This document shows positions 61,786-64,000 of a DNA stretch of 64,000 bases, piece by piece. The notes below the pieces were generated by a model. It was not told the origin of the DNA. It worked only from the letters and a program-made list of their open reading frames with translations, and ran no database searches. The position numbers were made by a program, and so were the translations under genes. Every line of letters starts with the position of its first letter. Position 1 is the stretch's first letter. The DNA comes from Squalus acanthias (taxonomy: Eukaryota): assembly GCA_030390025.1 (NCBI GenBank), contig CM059432.1:95110001-95174000 (forward strand). The letters run 5' to 3'.

Positions 61786-62932
61786 TGGGGCCGCTGATTT
61801 GCTATCGGCCATTTTTCGCAAAGTGATAAAAGTTAAAATTACTCCCATTGTTTTACTTCTATGCTACTGGCATCTATTAGGCATCTAAAAATGAAATTTC
61901 TTGCATAATCAATATTCTAAATTCTAAAAAATATTAGGCAGGCAAGCACTGTATTGATTAGGACAGCGGTCTGGTTTATTATGCTTCACTTAATTCATCT
62001 CTGGCAACAACAGATGAAATAGTAGTTTTGTGCCCTGCCTGTCCACCTTCGGAGACTGAAGACAATGGACTGGAATTCGCTGAGACGGCTATACTGGCGA
62101 TGAATGCCATAATTAATACCGTTGTACACCTCCAGTGGGGAACTGACGCCAAAATTTGCTGGAGAAGTGATTAGAATATGCTGCAGCAACTATAGCAGCG
62201 AATCGGAAGTAGCGCGAGTTGCGCGACCAATGACAAAAGTAAAAACCCATATGGTGCAAAAGTCTTAGGAAATTATGGAGCGGCGTAAGTAATGGCTGAA
62301 GTTACTTAAGCCATAATTTTCTATTATGTGTCGTAAATCAGGTCTGGTGACGTAGCTGCGCCATACAATAACACAAATCTCCAGCAATGGCCATTTACCA
62401 TTAAAAAAAATTGTATTTGATAAATATACAGGTGCTGTATGAATTAACGTGATATTGAACTTTCCAAGGCTCTTGAGATGACCATTGCATTCTCACTATT
62501 TCTGAAAAACAGTAATGAAATTACACCAGGCTTCTTAGTAAGGTTCGCGATTAATTTATGACTTGGGACTTGCAATATTGTGCTTTGTTCTTATCCTTCC
62601 ACAGCTTTTGTGAGGGACAGTGGCTGCAGTTTGATTTCTTTGCTGATTAATCCTATTCCAGATCCCAGAACTCGAGCACAAAACAACTACAACACAGTAA
62701 TGTGTATCTCTAGATACATGTAAAAAAGAAAACTTTTTTGAATTCTTGATAGGATGTTACCAATAGATGAGAATGTTATAGCTGGGAGACTCAAAAAGGA
62801 CACAATAAATGTCATTAATTATCTTAGACTATCTTGTATTGTCTCACTGAAGCGAGGGCAAAAAATGTGTTAATAATCCCAGTGCAGATGTTTGGATATT
62901 TACCATTTTTTGCAATAAATATAGTAACCATT

Positions 62933-63050
62933 TTTGCCTATATAACGGTTCTTACATTACAACAGTGACTACACTTCAAAAGTAATTCATTGACTATAAA
63001 GCGCTTTAGGACGTCCTGAGGTCGTGAAAGGTGCTATATAAATGTTTGTT
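62933..63050 (+). mobile_element. Deu-SINE 3' fragment
   Basis: TACATTACAACAGTGACTACACTTCAAAAG...GCTATATAAATG. Confidence 0.7.
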
Positions 63051-63143
63051 CTTTCTTTCATTCTTTCTCTCTTTCTCTTTCTCTCTCTTTTTTTCTCTCT
63101 TTCTGTCTCTCTCTTTCTCTTTTTCTTTCTCTCTTTCCTTCTT
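63045..63143. repeat. CT-rich simple repeat expanded from the SINE tail
   Basis: Imperfect (TCTT/CT)n. Confidence 0.8.
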
Positions 63144-63553
63144 CAGTATATATTTACTATATTAATTAACTGAACAATAAATGTTATAAAGATATGACAG
63201 ATATACATCATATAAAATTAAATTCAAATGTTCAAGGTTACATATTTCTAAGTTGTTATTTTGCATTGCTTCTAAACCTCTGTATATTACACTGATGGTG
63301 CTTTATTTAGTGACATTCTTATTGTTCTTACTGACTTACAAATTCAATGCTTAGTTACTTGCACTGATTTACAGATTTATAACACTCAAGATCCTGAGCA
63401 GGTCAAAATGCTAGTGATAATTTTTCTGAACTGGTAGATTGGGTGTTTGTGTGCACACAAGCTGTTCTTCCATAGAGTACAAAGATTCGCAGCTGCTGAG
63501 AAAGATAAACAAATCTATTATGGCAAGGAAAATGTCACATTGTTTTCTTACAG

Positions 63554-63607
63554 GGCAAACCTGTGGTACCCAAGCCAGAGAATGTATCTGTAACACTTCT
63601 AGAAAAG
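63554..63607 (+). other. Candidate exon (54 nt, symmetric)
   Basis: TTGTTTTCTTACAG acceptor; AAG|GTGAAG donor; reads GKPVVPKPENVSVTLLEK or QTCGTQARECICNTSRK. Confidence 0.3.
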
Positions 63608-64000
63608 GTGAAGGAAATCACTGTCAGAATGGAGAACTCAACGAGATATACTTTTGAAACTAAAATAGTTCTTTCAATTCTCACAAGTCCATTTTTACTT
63701 TTTTGCAAGTTGGCCATTCATTTCTTCTCTGTCATGTTTCCCCAGAGGTCCCTGCTTTCTCCTCCTGTCTTTGGGCAGGGAGTTAAATGAGGTAGTTCTG
63801 TTACCTGCTTGCATTCTATTAATGTCCTAGTGTCTCCCTAATTGTGTCCAGGTGAATAGTTATTCCAGTTATGGTGTTGCTGATTGCCCACTTCAGGCAC
63901 AGTGCCCATTGAGGATACCTAATGTTGATTAATGAAGTCAGTACTCTCTCTCCTATGTAAACTCAGTGTTAATGAATAGAAACTCCGTAAGCTTACATTT

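Overview
Repeat-dominated vertebrate genomic DNA. The repeat repertoire (HE1-type V-SINE with a CR1 tail, Deu-domain SINEs, abundant CR1) points to a cartilaginous fish, probably a shark; this is inference. No host gene could be named, but several short plus-strand segments have strong splice signals and may be exons. Main contents: (1) many nested CR1 LINEs, including one full-length copy (35.9-40.6 kb) with an SGNH-esterase ORF1 and a 76-bp monomer array at its 5' end; (2) decayed L2 and L1/Tx1-like LINEs; (3) a LINE that carries a tRNA-like Pol III head, plus its short derivative; (4) two families of Penelope-like inverted-repeat remnants with minimal hammerhead ribozyme cores and clear TSDs, one a 415-bp-arm palindrome holding the GIY-YIG C-terminus; (5) a PIF/Harbinger system made of two transposase pseudogenes, a Myb/SANT-like fragment and at least 12 MITEs. 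The most striking pattern is Harbinger target choice. The flanks share a quasi-palindromic consensus, and twice, different elements sit at the same nucleotide of two separate host-repeat copies. One of those sites is the predicted hammerhead cleavage triplet. Boundaries of old, degenerate repeats are approximate.
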